Assembly: GCA_903900025.1 (NCBI GenBank)
Contig: CAIULN010000075.1
Coordinates: 12-64,011, forward strand
Direction of reading: 5' to 3'
DNA: 64,000 nt
From: an uncultured Methanomicrobiales archaeon
GTDB taxonomy: Archaea; Halobacteriota; Methanomicrobia; Methanomicrobiales; Methanospirillaceae
Both the position numbers and the translations under genes were made by a program. This document shows, in pieces, positions 9,549-19,338 of the stretch (positions are counted from its first letter, which is position 1; each line of letters starts with the position of its first letter). The notes under the pieces were generated by a model. It did no database searches. It saw nothing but the letters and a program-made list of their open reading frames with translations, and was not told the DNA's origin.

Positions 9549-10597
9549 CAGGCATCACCCAGCAGTTCCTCGACGACTGCCTCAGGCGAGAACGGGACAA
9601 TGTCATCATATCCCTGCCCGGTGCCTAAAAACATCAGGGGTTTTCCGATCGTGTGGGCGATCGAAATTGCCGCCCCGCCCCGCGAGTCCATATCTGCCTT
9701 GGTGAGCACGACCGCGTCAGCCCCAACCGTGCGGTCGAACTCCGCTGCACGCACGACCGCGTCGTTTCCCGCGATCGCTTCGTCGACGTAGACCACGAGA
9801 TCGGGCTTCATGACCCGCCGTATTTTTTCGAGCTGGCTCATCAGGTTGGCCTTGGTGTGGAACCTTCCCGCCGTGTCAGCGAGGATCACATCCATCTTGT
9901 GCGAAACGGCGTACTGGACCGCATCAAAGAGCACCGCTGACGGGTCGGCTCCCTGCTGGTGCTGGATGATCTTGATCCCGGTCCGTTCCGCGTGCACCTC
10001 GATCTGCTCGATCGCGCCGGCCCGGTACGTGTCCCCGGCGCCGATCACGACCGTGAAACCCTGCTTCTTCAAAAAGTCCCCGACCTTTGCCACCGTGGTG
10101 GTCTTGCCCGTGCCATTCACGCCGGTAAAGAGGATCTTGACCGGGCGCTCGTGGTTTTTAATATAGGTAATCAGGTCAAACCCCTCCCCCAGCACACCGA
10201 GCAATGCGCTGCGCAGGGTGGAAACGACCAGCGAATCCACCGACTGCCCGATCCGGCGGTGTTTTCCCACAAGGTCCTTTTTGACGTGGGCAATGATCGC
10301 ATCCGTGACCGGCAGCGCCACATCGCTCTCGAGCAGCGTCATCTCGAGCTCATACAGTGCATCGGCAAGCTCTTTTTCGGTGATGATCAGCTCGCGGTCG
10401 ATGACAAACGTCCTGACTTTGCTGGCAAATGTTGCGGTTTTCTTTGCGGGAGGCCGGACCTGCGGTTCAGGAGCGGCTGAGCGGGAGGCTGCCGGAGCGT
10501 CTGGCTTCTCTGAAGGGGGCGCAGCAGCGGCAGCCTCTATGCTCCCGGAAAGCAGGGCACGGGCAGACTGCAACCGTTCGCGAAGCCCCCCGAACAT
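9548..10597 (-). CDS. ftsY: Signal recognition particle receptor FtsY
   Basis: [15 protein letters not shown] and [10 protein letters not shown] motifs with an Ala/Pro-rich N-terminal region. The stop shares 1 nt with the srp54 ATG (TGATG). Confidence 0.95.
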   Translation of the reverse strand: MFGGLRERLQSARALLSGSIEAAAAAPPSEKPDAPAASRSAAPEPQVRPPAKKTATFASKVRTFVIDRELIITEKELADALYELEMTLLESDVALPVTDAIIAHVKKDLVGKHRRIGQSVDSLVVSTLRSALLGVLGEGFDLITYIKNHERPVKILFTGVNGTGKTTTVAKVGDFLKKQGFTVVIGAGDTYRAGAIEQIEVHAERTGIKIIQHQQGADPSAVLFDAVQYAVSHKMDVILADTAGRFHTKANLMSQLEKIRRVMKPDLVVYVDEAIAGNDAVVRAAEFDRTVGADAVVLTKADMDSRGGAAISIAHTIGKPLMFLGTGQGYDDIVPFSPEAVVEELLGDA

Positions 10598-10615
10598 GCA
10601 CGCCTTCCCAAAGAC

Positions 10616-11071
10616 TTATTCGTCCTGATCGCCCATGGCAGCCTGTGCACCACGTTCAGCCTGTACAGTCTGCTGGTATCCCTGCTCGATCCTTTTTGCG
10701 ATCTCGTTCATCTGGGTGCGGAGCCGGTCGAGTGTCTCGACAACCTTCTTTTCCGAGGCTTCCATCTCGATGATCCGGTCTTTTAAAAACTCGACCGCAT
10801 CCTTGTTCGTCCGCTCGACGATCACATCGGCACCGATGTTGAGGAGCACCTTGTCGGGTTCCAGCACTTTGACCCGGACGCTTGCGCCACCGCCGATCTG
10901 CAGCAGGACGGTGCCGTCATCTGCATCAGAAATGCCCTGCAGCGCTTCGACTGCGGCGAGCGCCTCCATCCTCCCGTTCTCCATCAGTTCCAGCTGGCTG
11001 GCAAAAATCTCCGCCTGCTGCCCGTACTGCTTGAGGTAATGCTCAAGGGTCAGCAGCTCACGCTGGTCCAT
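10616..11071 (-). CDS. pfdA: Prefoldin subunit alpha
   Basis: Start trimmed to MDQRELLTLEHYLKQYGQQAEIF (ATG 11071). Coiled coil, beta hairpins, coiled coil architecture. Conserved position next to ftsY. Confidence 0.85.
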   Translation of the reverse strand: MDQRELLTLEHYLKQYGQQAEIFASQLELMENGRMEALAAVEALQGISDADDGTVLLQIGGGASVRVKVLEPDKVLLNIGADVIVERTNKDAVEFLKDRIIEMEASEKKVVETLDRLRTQMNEIAKRIEQGYQQTVQAERGAQAAMGDQDE

Positions 11072-11336
11072 CGGTTCTCCCTTATTCACCCTTATGCACC
11101 CCTGATAAACTCGTCTTCCATGGTTGGCAACAATCCTTGCGTTCTCTCTCAGCATATGGGCTGGTGGCGTTATATTGTTAATGGAGGCGGGTGGAAATCA
11201 GGGTACACACCTTCTTTGTGAATCATATGAACCCGTCATCTGGAGCCGGACCGCGGCAGGGGACTTTTAATTGCCACCATTTGCCCGGATCAGGGAGTTG
11301 AAAAGGACCGGATCACCGGCAGGTTCTGAAAAACAT

Positions 11337-13322
11337 TCAGGTATCGGCCTTCCCTTTTTCCATCTGGCGGGAAAGGTTCACACGCTCGAGGGCAAGGGCA
11401 GCCTGGTTCGCAAACGCCGTCAGGATACGCTCCTGCTCGTGGGTGATAATGCCATCGGGTTCGACGGGCTTCACGCCAAGGATCCCCAGCACTCCCTGCG
11501 CTGTCTGGAGCGGGATGTACCTGAGCCGTGACCCGTGCAGCGTGTCCGTGTCATAGCCGGCGATTGCACCGTGCCTGAATGCCCACGTCGCTACAGCGAG
11601 TTCATCTGCATCGAGGCTGAACCCGGGGCTTGCAAAGTGCGCCACCAGCTGGTCGTTGTCAGGAAGGAGAAATGCGGACTCCCACCTGAAGATCTCGTTG
11701 ATGTGCTTCCCGACCACGGAACTAATCGAGTCGGTATCAACAGCGGTGGCGAGGTCCTGCGACAGGGCATACAGGGTGCCTGTCTCGTTTTCCCGCATCT
11801 GGGCCGCAACGGCATGTTCACGCACCCGTGCGACAAGCAGGCTGACCAAGGCACCGATGCCGATCAGCCCGGTAAAGGAGATGAGGTACTCGAGATCGCT
11901 CACCCGGAAACTGAAGTAGGGAGGTATAAAGGCAAAATCAAACGCCAGTATCCCGAGCACGGCAGTCATGATCATAGGGCGTATTCCCCAGCGGTACGCC
12001 GATATGACAACCGCAAGGAAATACAGCATCATCAGGTTCACCGGGGAGATGATCGATTTGACCAGCCACCCGATGAGCGTGATGATGATGATGAGTGCCA
12101 GGCTGTTGACAAAACCCCGTGGGGGTGTTGCAGGGAGGAGCGGTTCCAGCTCCACGGGTTTCTGCGGCACCTTTTCACTGCTGCTGATGACGTACACATC
12201 GATCGTCCCGCTGTCATGGATGAGCTGGTCAACGACCGACCCGAACACAAACTCCTGCCACCGCGGGCGCAGGGTTTTCCCGATGATGATCTTTGTGATA
12301 TTGTGTTTCCTTGCATAGTCGATTGTCGTGTCGGCGACATTGAGCCCGAACACTGTTGCGGTCTTTGCCCCCAGCCTCTCTGCCAGCTGGAGGGACCGCC
12401 AGACCTGCTCTTTTGATTCTTTTTGTAGCCGCTGGTGGGAGGGCGTTTCGACGTAGATCGCGGTCCAGCGGGCATTCATCCGGTCTGCCTGCCGGCGGGC
12501 GGTCCGCACCAGCCGTTCCGAGAGCGGGCCGGGACCGACGCAGACAAGGATGCTCTCCCCGGCAGCCCATGGCCCGGAGATCGAACGGATCTGCATATAG
12601 GCAAGCATCTGTTCGTCGATCCGTTCGGCTGCGCGGCGGAGCGAGAGCTCCCGCAGGGCATACAGGTTCCCCTCATTGAAGAACTGCTCGACGGCCCGTG
12701 CAGCCATTTCGGGAACATACACTTTCCCCTCTTTTAAGCGCTGGAGGAGTTCTGCCGGTGCAAGGTCGACCAGTTCGATCTCGGTTGCCTCATCGATCAC
12801 CCGGTCCGGGATGGTCTCGCGGACAGTGACGCCGGTGATCTGCGCAACGACATCGTTGAGGCTCTCGAGGTGCTGGATGTTTAACGTGGTGTAGACGTCG
12901 ATCCCCGCGTCAAGGATCTCCTCGACGTCCTGGTACCGCTTCGGGTGCCGTGACCCCGGGGCATTGGTATGGGCAAGTTCATCGACTAGGACAAGCCGGG
13001 GCCGGATGGCGAGCACGGCATCGAGGTCCATCTCCGGGAGGGTAACCTCCCGGTAGGTCACCATCTTTCTTTGTATGATGGGGAGCCCTTCAAGGAGCGC
13101 CTCGGTCTCCGCCCTTCCGTGCGTTTCGACATATCCGATCTGCACGTCAATCCCCTCATTCTTACGGAGGTGCGCCGCGGTGAGCATGCCGTAGGTCTTT
13201 CCCACGCCGGCGATGTAGCCTAGAAAAATTTTTAATTTTCCCTTGCTTTTCTGCCGCTCCTCGCCCTGTACGCGGGCAAGGAGGGTGTCAGGATCAGGAC
13301 GGTTTTTCTGAGGGACGGCCAT
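11337..13322 (-). CDS. kdpD: KdpD-like sensor lacking the histidine-kinase transmitter (KdpD-N, Usp, 4 TM, GAF-like)
   Basis: N-terminus GKLKIFLGYIAGVGKTYGML...VDELAHTN matches the KdpD P-loop domain, followed by a Usp-like region, four hydrophobic helices and a GAF-like end. The ORF stops at 661 aa with no HisKA H-box or HATPase motifs. Confidence 0.85.
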   Translation of the reverse strand: MAVPQKNRPDPDTLLARVQGEERQKSKGKLKIFLGYIAGVGKTYGMLTAAHLRKNEGIDVQIGYVETHGRAETEALLEGLPIIQRKMVTYREVTLPEMDLDAVLAIRPRLVLVDELAHTNAPGSRHPKRYQDVEEILDAGIDVYTTLNIQHLESLNDVVAQITGVTVRETIPDRVIDEATEIELVDLAPAELLQRLKEGKVYVPEMAARAVEQFFNEGNLYALRELSLRRAAERIDEQMLAYMQIRSISGPWAAGESILVCVGPGPLSERLVRTARRQADRMNARWTAIYVETPSHQRLQKESKEQVWRSLQLAERLGAKTATVFGLNVADTTIDYARKHNITKIIIGKTLRPRWQEFVFGSVVDQLIHDSGTIDVYVISSSEKVPQKPVELEPLLPATPPRGFVNSLALIIIITLIGWLVKSIISPVNLMMLYFLAVVISAYRWGIRPMIMTAVLGILAFDFAFIPPYFSFRVSDLEYLISFTGLIGIGALVSLLVARVREHAVAAQMRENETGTLYALSQDLATAVDTDSISSVVGKHINEIFRWESAFLLPDNDQLVAHFASPGFSLDADELAVATWAFRHGAIAGYDTDTLHGSRLRYIPLQTAQGVLGILGVKPVEPDGIITHEQERILTAFANQAALALERVNLSRQMEKGKADT

Positions 13323-13331
13323 AGAAACGAT

Positions 13332-15434
13332 TCACACACCCATGAGTACGAGCAGCAGGTCAATAACCTTTATTCCAATGAACGGTGCGATGAGCCCCCC
13401 GATCCCGTAGATGAGGATGTTTTTTTGCAGTGCCTCTTCTGCCGTCATCGGGCGGTACCTCACACCATGGAGGGCAAGAGGGATAAGGGCGACAATGATG
13501 AGTGCATTGAAGATTACGGCCGACAGGATTCCGTGGACAAGGCCCATGATGTTGAGGGCAGCCAGCACCGGGTAGGTGGACATGAACGCGACAGGGATAA
13601 TGGCAAAATATTTTGCCACGTCGTTGGCGATCGAGAAGGTGGTGAGCGCCCCCCGTGTCATCAGGAGCTGCTTGCCGATCTCCACGATCTCGATCAGTTT
13701 GGTCGGGTTGGAATCGAGATCGACCATGTTCGCCGCTTCGCGTGCGGGTTGCGTGCCGGAATTCATCGCAACGGCGACATCTGCCTGGGCGAGCGCCGGC
13801 GCATCGTTCGTGCCATCCCCCGTCATGGCGACCATCCTCCCCCCTGCCTGGTACTCGCGGATCAGCTGGAGCTTGCTCTCCGGTGTCGCTTCCGCGAGGA
13901 AATCGTCCACCCCTGCTTCGGCGGCAATCGTTGCGGCGGTCAGCCGGTTGTCGCCGGTGATCATGATGGTCTTGATCCCCATTCTCCTGATATGGGCGAA
14001 CCGTTCCTTGATCCCCCCTTTCACGACGTCTTTTAGGTGGACGACACCGAGCGCCGTCCCGTTGTTCGTCACGACGAGCGGCGTTCCGCCTGCCCCGGCG
14101 ATCGTGTCCACCACCTGTTTTAAGTTTGCCGACACCATTTTGCCGCACCTCTCAATATGCGTGAACATGACATCTGCTGCCCCTTTCCGGATGCGGACAT
14201 CCCCAATGTCAACACCGCTCATCCGCGTCTGGCTGGAGAACGGGATGAACTGCATCTCAGGCGCCGTATCCGTAGCCCCGACCGTCCTGCCCCGCAGCCC
14301 GTACTTCTCCTTGACCAGCACGACGATGCTGCGCCCTTCAGGAGTTTCGTCCGCGAGCGACGCGAGCTGCGCCGTCTCGGCGAGGTCCAGAAGAACCGTC
14401 CCGTCAACCCGGACCAGGTCGACTGCCTGCCGGTTCCCAAGCGTGATGGTGCCCGTCTTGTCGAGCAGCAGCACGTCCACATCCCCTGCAGCCTCAATCG
14501 CCCTGCCCGAGGTCGTGATGACGTTGCGCTGGATGAGCCGATCCATCCCCGCAATACCGATCGCGGAGAGCAGCCCGCCAATCGTCGTCGGCGCAAGGCA
14601 GACAAACAGCGCGACCAGCACGGTGATCGTGACCGGAGTACCGAAACCCGCCGTCTCCACACTGTATGTTGAGAATGCCCACAGCGTTCCGCAGACAACG
14701 ATAAAGACGGCAGTCAGCCCGATGAGGAGAATGCCAAGCGCGATCTCATTGGGGGTCTTCTGCCGTTTTGCCCCTTCAATAAGCGTGATCATGTGGTCGA
14801 GGAACCCCTCGCCGGGGTTCGCGCTCGCACGGACAATCAGCCAGTCCGAAAGGATGACGGTACCCCCCGTGACGGCACTCCGGTCCCCACCGGACTCGCG
14901 GATCACCGGGGCACTCTCACCGGTGATAGCGCTCTCGTCAACGGATGCGATGCCTTCCACGACGTCACCGTCAACCGGGATCGGATCGCCGGCTTTTACA
15001 TAGAAGAGATCCGACTTCTGCAGTGTCGAGGATGAAACGACGAGATAGTCCTCCTGCACCGGCTCTTTGCCCTTTTTGATGGTGTACCCCAAATAGAGCT
15101 TTTTTGCCACCGTGTCCTGCCGCATCCGGCGGAGTGATTCTGCCTGCGCTTTGCCCCTTCCCTCCGCGAGCGCTTCGGCAAAGTTGGCAAAGAGGACGGT
15201 GAACCAGAGCCATACAGCGATCGCCCCGATGAACCCCGCCGGTGCCTCACCACCCCCGCCGAATGCCTGAAAAAACAGCAGGGTCGTGATCACGCTGCCC
15301 GCCTCGACGGCAAACATAACAGGATTCCCTGTCATGTGGCGCGGGTCGAGTTTGAGCACGGCATCAATGACCGCCCGAGAGTAGAGCGCCGGAAGGATTG
15401 CATGGGGGTTATGGGTTTTGCGAAGGTCAGACAT
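13332..15434 (-). CDS. kdpB: Potassium-transporting P-type ATPase subunit KdpB
   Basis: DKTGTIT phosphorylation motif, [25 protein letters not shown]. Start trimmed to [11 protein letters not shown] (ATG 15434); the longer track ORF overlaps kdpA in another frame. Confidence 0.95.
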   Translation of the reverse strand: MSDLRKTHNPHAILPALYSRAVIDAVLKLDPRHMTGNPVMFAVEAGSVITTLLFFQAFGGGGEAPAGFIGAIAVWLWFTVLFANFAEALAEGRGKAQAESLRRMRQDTVAKKLYLGYTIKKGKEPVQEDYLVVSSSTLQKSDLFYVKAGDPIPVDGDVVEGIASVDESAITGESAPVIRESGGDRSAVTGGTVILSDWLIVRASANPGEGFLDHMITLIEGAKRQKTPNEIALGILLIGLTAVFIVVCGTLWAFSTYSVETAGFGTPVTITVLVALFVCLAPTTIGGLLSAIGIAGMDRLIQRNVITTSGRAIEAAGDVDVLLLDKTGTITLGNRQAVDLVRVDGTVLLDLAETAQLASLADETPEGRSIVVLVKEKYGLRGRTVGATDTAPEMQFIPFSSQTRMSGVDIGDVRIRKGAADVMFTHIERCGKMVSANLKQVVDTIAGAGGTPLVVTNNGTALGVVHLKDVVKGGIKERFAHIRRMGIKTIMITGDNRLTAATIAAEAGVDDFLAEATPESKLQLIREYQAGGRMVAMTGDGTNDAPALAQADVAVAMNSGTQPAREAANMVDLDSNPTKLIEIVEIGKQLLMTRGALTTFSIANDVAKYFAIIPVAFMSTYPVLAALNIMGLVHGILSAVIFNALIIVALIPLALHGVRYRPMTAEEALQKNILIYGIGGLIAPFIGIKVIDLLLVLMGV

Positions 15435-17844
15435 GAATCCCACCCCCTGCCAGCCGGATGAGGTGCTCGACAACGGGGCCGAGCGCGAGCACGGGGAAGA
15501 AACTGAGCGCACCGATGATGATGACGACAAAGACGAGCCAGATGACAAAGAGCGGGCGGTGGTCACGCAGCGTTCCTTCACTCCCGGGGACGATCTTCTT
15601 TGCCACAAACGAACCGGCAAGCGCGAGCGTGAGGATGGCAACGGCATACCGCCCGATGAACATGCAGGCCGCGATCGCCAGATTGTAGAACAGGTTGTTT
15701 GCCGAGAGCCCGGCAAAGGCGCTGCCATTGTTCTGGGAGCCGGAGCTGAACGCGTACAGGATCTCCGTAAACCCGTGCGGCCCGGGATTGAAGACCGAAG
15801 CCTTCCCGGGATCGGACAGTACGGCAAGTGCGGTGCCAATAAGGATTAAGAAGATGGGAATGAGGATGATGATAGTTGCGAGCTTCATCTCGTGCGGTTC
15901 GATCTTCTTGCCAAGGTACTCAGGCGTCCGTCCGACCATCAGCCCGGCGATGAACATCGCGATGATGACAAAGACAAGCATCCCGTAGAGTCCTGATCCC
16001 ACCCCGCCGTACACGACCTCCCCCAGCTGCATATTGAACAGGAGCACAAGGCCCCCGAGCGGGGTAAAGGAGTCATGCATCGCATTGACCGCACCGCACG
16101 ATGTCACCGTGGTCACGACCGCAAACAGCGCTGACGGCATGATGCCGAACCGCACTTCCTTGCCCTCCATGTTGCCGCCCGGTTGGATCGCTGACGTGCC
16201 CTGGTCGATCCCGGTTGCGGCAAATGCAGGACTGGCCCCGGATTCCGCCCAGATGGCAAACCCAAGAAGGGGGATGAACATGAGGGTCATGGCAAGAAGG
16301 ATGCTGATCCCTTTCCTGCCTGCCCCGATCATCTTCCCGAAGGTGTAACAGAGCGCCGAGGGGATGAGAAGGATCGCGACGACCTCGATGAAGTTGGAGA
16401 ACGGCGAGGGGTTCTCGAACGGGTGGGCGGAGTTGGCGGCAAAGAACCCGCCGCCGTTCGTGCCGAGCAGTTTGATCGCGACCTGGGATGCGGCGGGCCC
16501 GAGCGGGATGGTCTGGGTCGTCACCAGCGCACCGCCTGCATCCTTCACCGGATCGAGGAGCGGCACGGTGACGGGGCCGGAGAGTGTCTGCACCGTTCCC
16601 TGTGAGACGAGGATGAGCGCGATGATGGTGCTGAGAGGGAGCAGGATCATGACGCTTCTTACGAGCAGCACCCAGAAATTGCCGATCGTGGATGCGGACT
16701 TCCGCGAGAGCCCGTAGATGAGGCCGGCGAGGACCGCCATTCCCACTGCCGCTGATACAAAGTTCTGGACGGCAAGCCCGATCATCTGCGTCAGGTAACT
16801 GACCGTCGTTTCCGGGACGTACGCCTGCCAGTTGGTGTTGGTTGCAAAGCTGACCGCGGTATTGAGCGAGAGGTCCCACCGGATGGGGCCGGCGCCGGCA
16901 GGGTTGAGCGGGAGGAACTGCTGCACCTCCTGGAGCAGAAATACAAACGCGATGCTGATGGCAGAAAAGACCATCATCGCGACCGCAAACACCTTCCAGT
17001 CCATCTCGTCGCCTGCACCCGCCCCCGATGCCGCGAGGAGCCGGCGTTCGAGAGGATCGATGAGGGGCGAAAGGATGTTCTTTTTGCCCGTAAACACCCG
17101 CCACATGAACCTGCCCAGCGGGACGACGGTCACAACAAAGATGCCAAAGAAGAGCACCAGCACTGCCCACTCTGCAAGGCGCCGGTCGGATGGCTGGGGA
17201 GGGAGACTGTCAGGCTGCTGCCCGGATGACGCTGGACCGGATGACGCGCCCAGGTCGTCAAGGGCGAGGTTGAGCTGGAGGACATTGATGCGGGGCTCCC
17301 CGAAGATCCAGAACTGGCGGGGTTCGGCAGAGCGGCTGACAAGCGCCCGCACGTCCTGTTCGCTCATGCCCCGTTCACGGGCGACCCGGGGCACCTGGTA
17401 GTACGCGGCGGCAACCGAGATATCAGGGTCAAGCCCGCTTCCCGATGCGGTGACAAGATCGACCGGGACCGGCTGGGTATTGGCCGGATCAACGGCGCGG
17501 AGGGCATCAACCCGGGCTTTCACTTCATCCGCGAGCGCGGGATTTGAGGGGCCGAGGTTTGACCCTGACGAGGCGCCGGAATTATAGGGCACCGGGGACG
17601 TGGCGGATGGGCGGCCCCAGAAATAGTGTGGCGATGAAAACGGCTGCCCGATCAGGGCTGAGCCGACGATCCTGCTCTCATGCAAAATGAAGTTCCCGTT
17701 TGCCTGGACGGGGAAGACGAGCTGTGCGATACCGGTGATGACCAACGGGTAGATGATGCCCAAGATGACGGTGAACAGGAGAAAGATCACGAGCGCAGGT
17801 TTCACCTGCTTTCTGATCATGGACCATACCGGTTCGAACGCCAT
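15427..17844 (-). CDS. kdpA: KdpC-KdpA fusion protein (K+-ATPase subunits C and A in one 805-aa polypeptide)
   Basis: Residues 1-~200 are KdpC-like (TM helix, [46 protein letters not shown]). A Ser/Gly/Pro/Gln linker follows, then ~580 aa of KdpA ([30 protein letters not shown]). Uninterrupted frame. Confidence 0.9.
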   Translation of the reverse strand: MAFEPVWSMIRKQVKPALVIFLLFTVILGIIYPLVITGIAQLVFPVQANGNFILHESRIVGSALIGQPFSSPHYFWGRPSATSPVPYNSGASSGSNLGPSNPALADEVKARVDALRAVDPANTQPVPVDLVTASGSGLDPDISVAAAYYQVPRVARERGMSEQDVRALVSRSAEPRQFWIFGEPRINVLQLNLALDDLGASSGPASSGQQPDSLPPQPSDRRLAEWAVLVLFFGIFVVTVVPLGRFMWRVFTGKKNILSPLIDPLERRLLAASGAGAGDEMDWKVFAVAMMVFSAISIAFVFLLQEVQQFLPLNPAGAGPIRWDLSLNTAVSFATNTNWQAYVPETTVSYLTQMIGLAVQNFVSAAVGMAVLAGLIYGLSRKSASTIGNFWVLLVRSVMILLPLSTIIALILVSQGTVQTLSGPVTVPLLDPVKDAGGALVTTQTIPLGPAASQVAIKLLGTNGGGFFAANSAHPFENPSPFSNFIEVVAILLIPSALCYTFGKMIGAGRKGISILLAMTLMFIPLLGFAIWAESGASPAFAATGIDQGTSAIQPGGNMEGKEVRFGIMPSALFAVVTTVTSCGAVNAMHDSFTPLGGLVLLFNMQLGEVVYGGVGSGLYGMLVFVIIAMFIAGLMVGRTPEYLGKKIEPHEMKLATIIILIPIFLILIGTALAVLSDPGKASVFNPGPHGFTEILYAFSSGSQNNGSAFAGLSANNLFYNLAIAACMFIGRYAVAILTLALAGSFVAKKIVPGSEGTLRDHRPLFVIWLVFVVIIIGALSFFPVLALGPVVEHLIRLAGGGIHV

Positions 17845-17922
17845 GCACCGACCGCCTCACACGTGACGCGCTCCGGACGGCAATGGGGGGAGTGTTCACT
17901 GTACCAGCGTGCAGGTTGCCGG

Positions 17923-17930
17923 AATATAAA
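17923..17930 (-). promoter_or_regulatory. TATA-like box (TTTATATT on minus strand) upstream of the kdp operon
   Basis: This AT-rich octamer lies ~80 nt upstream of the kdpCA ATG in an otherwise GC-rich spacer. Assignment is tentative. Confidence 0.3.
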
Positions 17931-18060
17931 CTTGTCATAGGTCAGGTCTTAGCAGGTTTCACCGTTTCCAAATTCCCGTTAGGCATGGTATTGCGGCGGA
18001 ATATATGGCTCCCGTATTATTGATATCAATGCAGGATCGCGCGGTGGCGCAGAACACCTC

Positions 18061-18500
18061 ATTGCCATGGGGGGTGTAGGGTGGAGAGGGGTGCCTCCAA
18101 AAAATCCGGAAGGGGCAGAGGGGGGCATGCCCTGAGGGGAGAGGGGGTAGCTACCCCTTGGGTGGGGGTAGGGGTGGGTATCCCCCCCTCCCCCTTTTTC
18201 CCGGACAATCGCAAAACCGTCTCCCTGTCGGAGGCTCCACGCGAAACACCAACGCCGCCCATGCCTGACAGGGGGGTGGGTACCCCCTTCCCCATGGGTG
18301 CGGGGGGTAGGTGGGGGGTGCCTCTCAAAAATCCGGAAGGGGGGTGGGGGGTCGGCACTGAGGGGGGTGGGGGAGGGTACCCCCCCTGTCTGACACTTGG
18401 GGGAGGTGCGGGTTTTAGACGTGAGTTCCACGGAAAATGGCGGGCGAGAGGGAGCAGGTGAGGGGGTACCCCCCGGGGGGAGGGGGGGTAGTGGCTCAGG
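18061..18500. repeat. G-rich (plus strand) low-complexity tract with GGGGTACCCC-type palindromes and a ~70-nt unit repeated twice
   Basis: Dense G3-G7 runs. Units starting at 18088 and 18315 share GGGGTGCCTC(T)CAAAAA(A)TCCGGAAGGGG...CTGAGGGG. Palindromes GGGGTAGCTACCCC (18144-18157) and GGGGGTACCCCC (18462-18473), plus further GGGTACCC cores at 18278 and 18375. Confidence 0.6.
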
Positions 18501-18504
18501 AAGA

Positions 18505-18810
18505 GGGGGCTCCTCTACAATTTTGATCTCCTCTTCAGTCAGCCCGTAGAGCTCGTACACCAGCTAATCAATTGCCGCATCCGTCGCCTCAACCTGCCGG
18601 GAGGACCGCGTCTTCTCATGCTCCAGTTTGGCGTCCTGCAACTTCCTCGAAGAAACCGGATGGTTTCTTCTCGTGGTGGCATCTGCCCTGATGGTCAGAA
18701 ACCACCATATTCAAGTCGACCATCTGCGTGACGAGCGCAACCATGCGATCGTGGTGGGCTTTGTCCACCGGATCGGAAAAGTTGATGGTGCGGAATGGAT
18801 TCGAGATCAA
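18505..18810 (-). pseudogene. Fragment of the C-terminus of an N6-adenine DNA methyltransferase / type IIG or PglX-like R-M enzyme (copy 1, disrupted)
   Basis: The minus strand reads ...FSDPVDKAHHDRMVALVTQMVDLN (frame a), then KLEHEKTRSSRQVEATDAAID-stop-LVYELYGLTEEEIKIVE (frame b). There is an internal TAG and a frameshift, the normal stop is lost, and there is no N-terminal body. Confidence 0.6.
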
Positions 18811-18836
18811 CAGTTATGAGAAAAAAGGAGGTTTGG

Positions 18837-19079
18837 TTAACATGGCATCGCAGAGCCGGGAACGTACCTTCGTACATCTACCTGTGCCCCACTCTTTGCT
18901 ATACGTTCTGCGATGGTTAGAATCTCATGGGCGACATGCTCATTCACGTAATCTTCGCCACAGTTGGTGCAAATCCGGGCAGGGACATCTTTTACGACAA
19001 GGGTCATTCCGTCCCGATCAAAGGTGACGGTTGTCGTGCCCTCTTTGGTGTCCCCGTGTTTGCAGATGACGCACTTCAT
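18837..19079 (-). CDS. YgiT-type zinc-finger protein (MqsA-like antitoxin candidate), paralog 2
   Basis: MKCVICKHGDTKEGTTTVTFDRDGMTLVVKDVPARICTNCGEDYV has the CxxC...CxxCGE pattern of the YgiT zinc-finger family. Lies 13 nt downstream of paralog 1. Confidence 0.8.
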   Translation of the reverse strand: MKCVICKHGDTKEGTTTVTFDRDGMTLVVKDVPARICTNCGEDYVNEHVAHEILTIAERIAKSGAQVDVRRYVPGSAMPC

Positions 19080-19092
19080 TTATTCTCAAAAA

Positions 19093-19338
19093 TTATCCAT
19101 TCAGGGAGACTTCACCGGCGGGAAGCGGGCGCATGCATAATTTTTTCTGGTGGGCGTCCCGCATGACCCCGTCAATTTTCCGGGAGGTTTCTGCTGTGTA
19201 ATATGCCTCTCCGCACTGCTCGCAGACATATGCCGGTACATCTTTGATCACAATGACTTCTCCGGCAGCATGCGCCAGAAACTCTGTCTTTCCTTCGCGG
19301 AGTTTTCCTTTACAGAAACTGCAACGATCCGGAATCAT
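19093..19338 (-). CDS. YgiT-type zinc-finger protein (MqsA-like antitoxin candidate), paralog 1
   Basis: MIPDRCSFCKGKLREGKTEFLAHAAGEVIVIKDVPAYVCEQCGEAYY. The start overlaps the DUF4258 gene stop by 4 nt (ATGA). Confidence 0.8.
   Translation of the reverse strand: MIPDRCSFCKGKLREGKTEFLAHAAGEVIVIKDVPAYVCEQCGEAYYTAETSRKIDGVMRDAHQKKLCMRPLPAGEVSLNG

Noticed and set aside
11535-12416. 293-codon plus-strand ORF, with neighbours at 11968..12318, 12356..12679 and others
   Set aside because: It lies entirely antisense to, or out of frame with, the well-supported kdpD gene. The translation is Arg/Pro/Gly-rich with no motifs, which is typical of chance ORFs in GC-rich coding DNA.
13576-15003. 475-codon plus-strand ORF and the 262-codon minus-strand alternative frame at 13360..14148
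   Set aside because: They overlap kdpB, whose frame carries DKTGT, TGDN and GDGxNDxP. The alternatives are Ser/Ala/Pro/Arg low complexity.
16073-17170. 365-codon minus-strand ORF in a second frame of kdpA
   Set aside because: The Arg/Pro/Gly-rich translation has no family resemblance, while the kdpCA frame is continuous and motif-bearing.
17845-17978. Search for a KdpF-like mini-ORF upstream of kdpCA
   Set aside because: The only ORF (MTSLYSGNLHAG...) is out of frame, hydrophilic and overlaps kdpCA. Nothing resembles the ~29-aa hydrophobic KdpF.
18061-18500. Possibility that the repeated G-rich tract is a CRISPR array
   Set aside because: There are only two loosely similar ~70-nt units 227 nt apart, with no regular repeat-spacer periodicity and no cas genes in the window.
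17979-18560. 193-codon Pro-rich ORF starting MYELYGLTEEEIKIVEEPPLPEP
   Set aside because: The first 15 residues are the tail of a broken R-M methylase, with an in-frame TAG immediately upstream. The rest is read-through into the G-rich repeat tract. It is not a credible protein.
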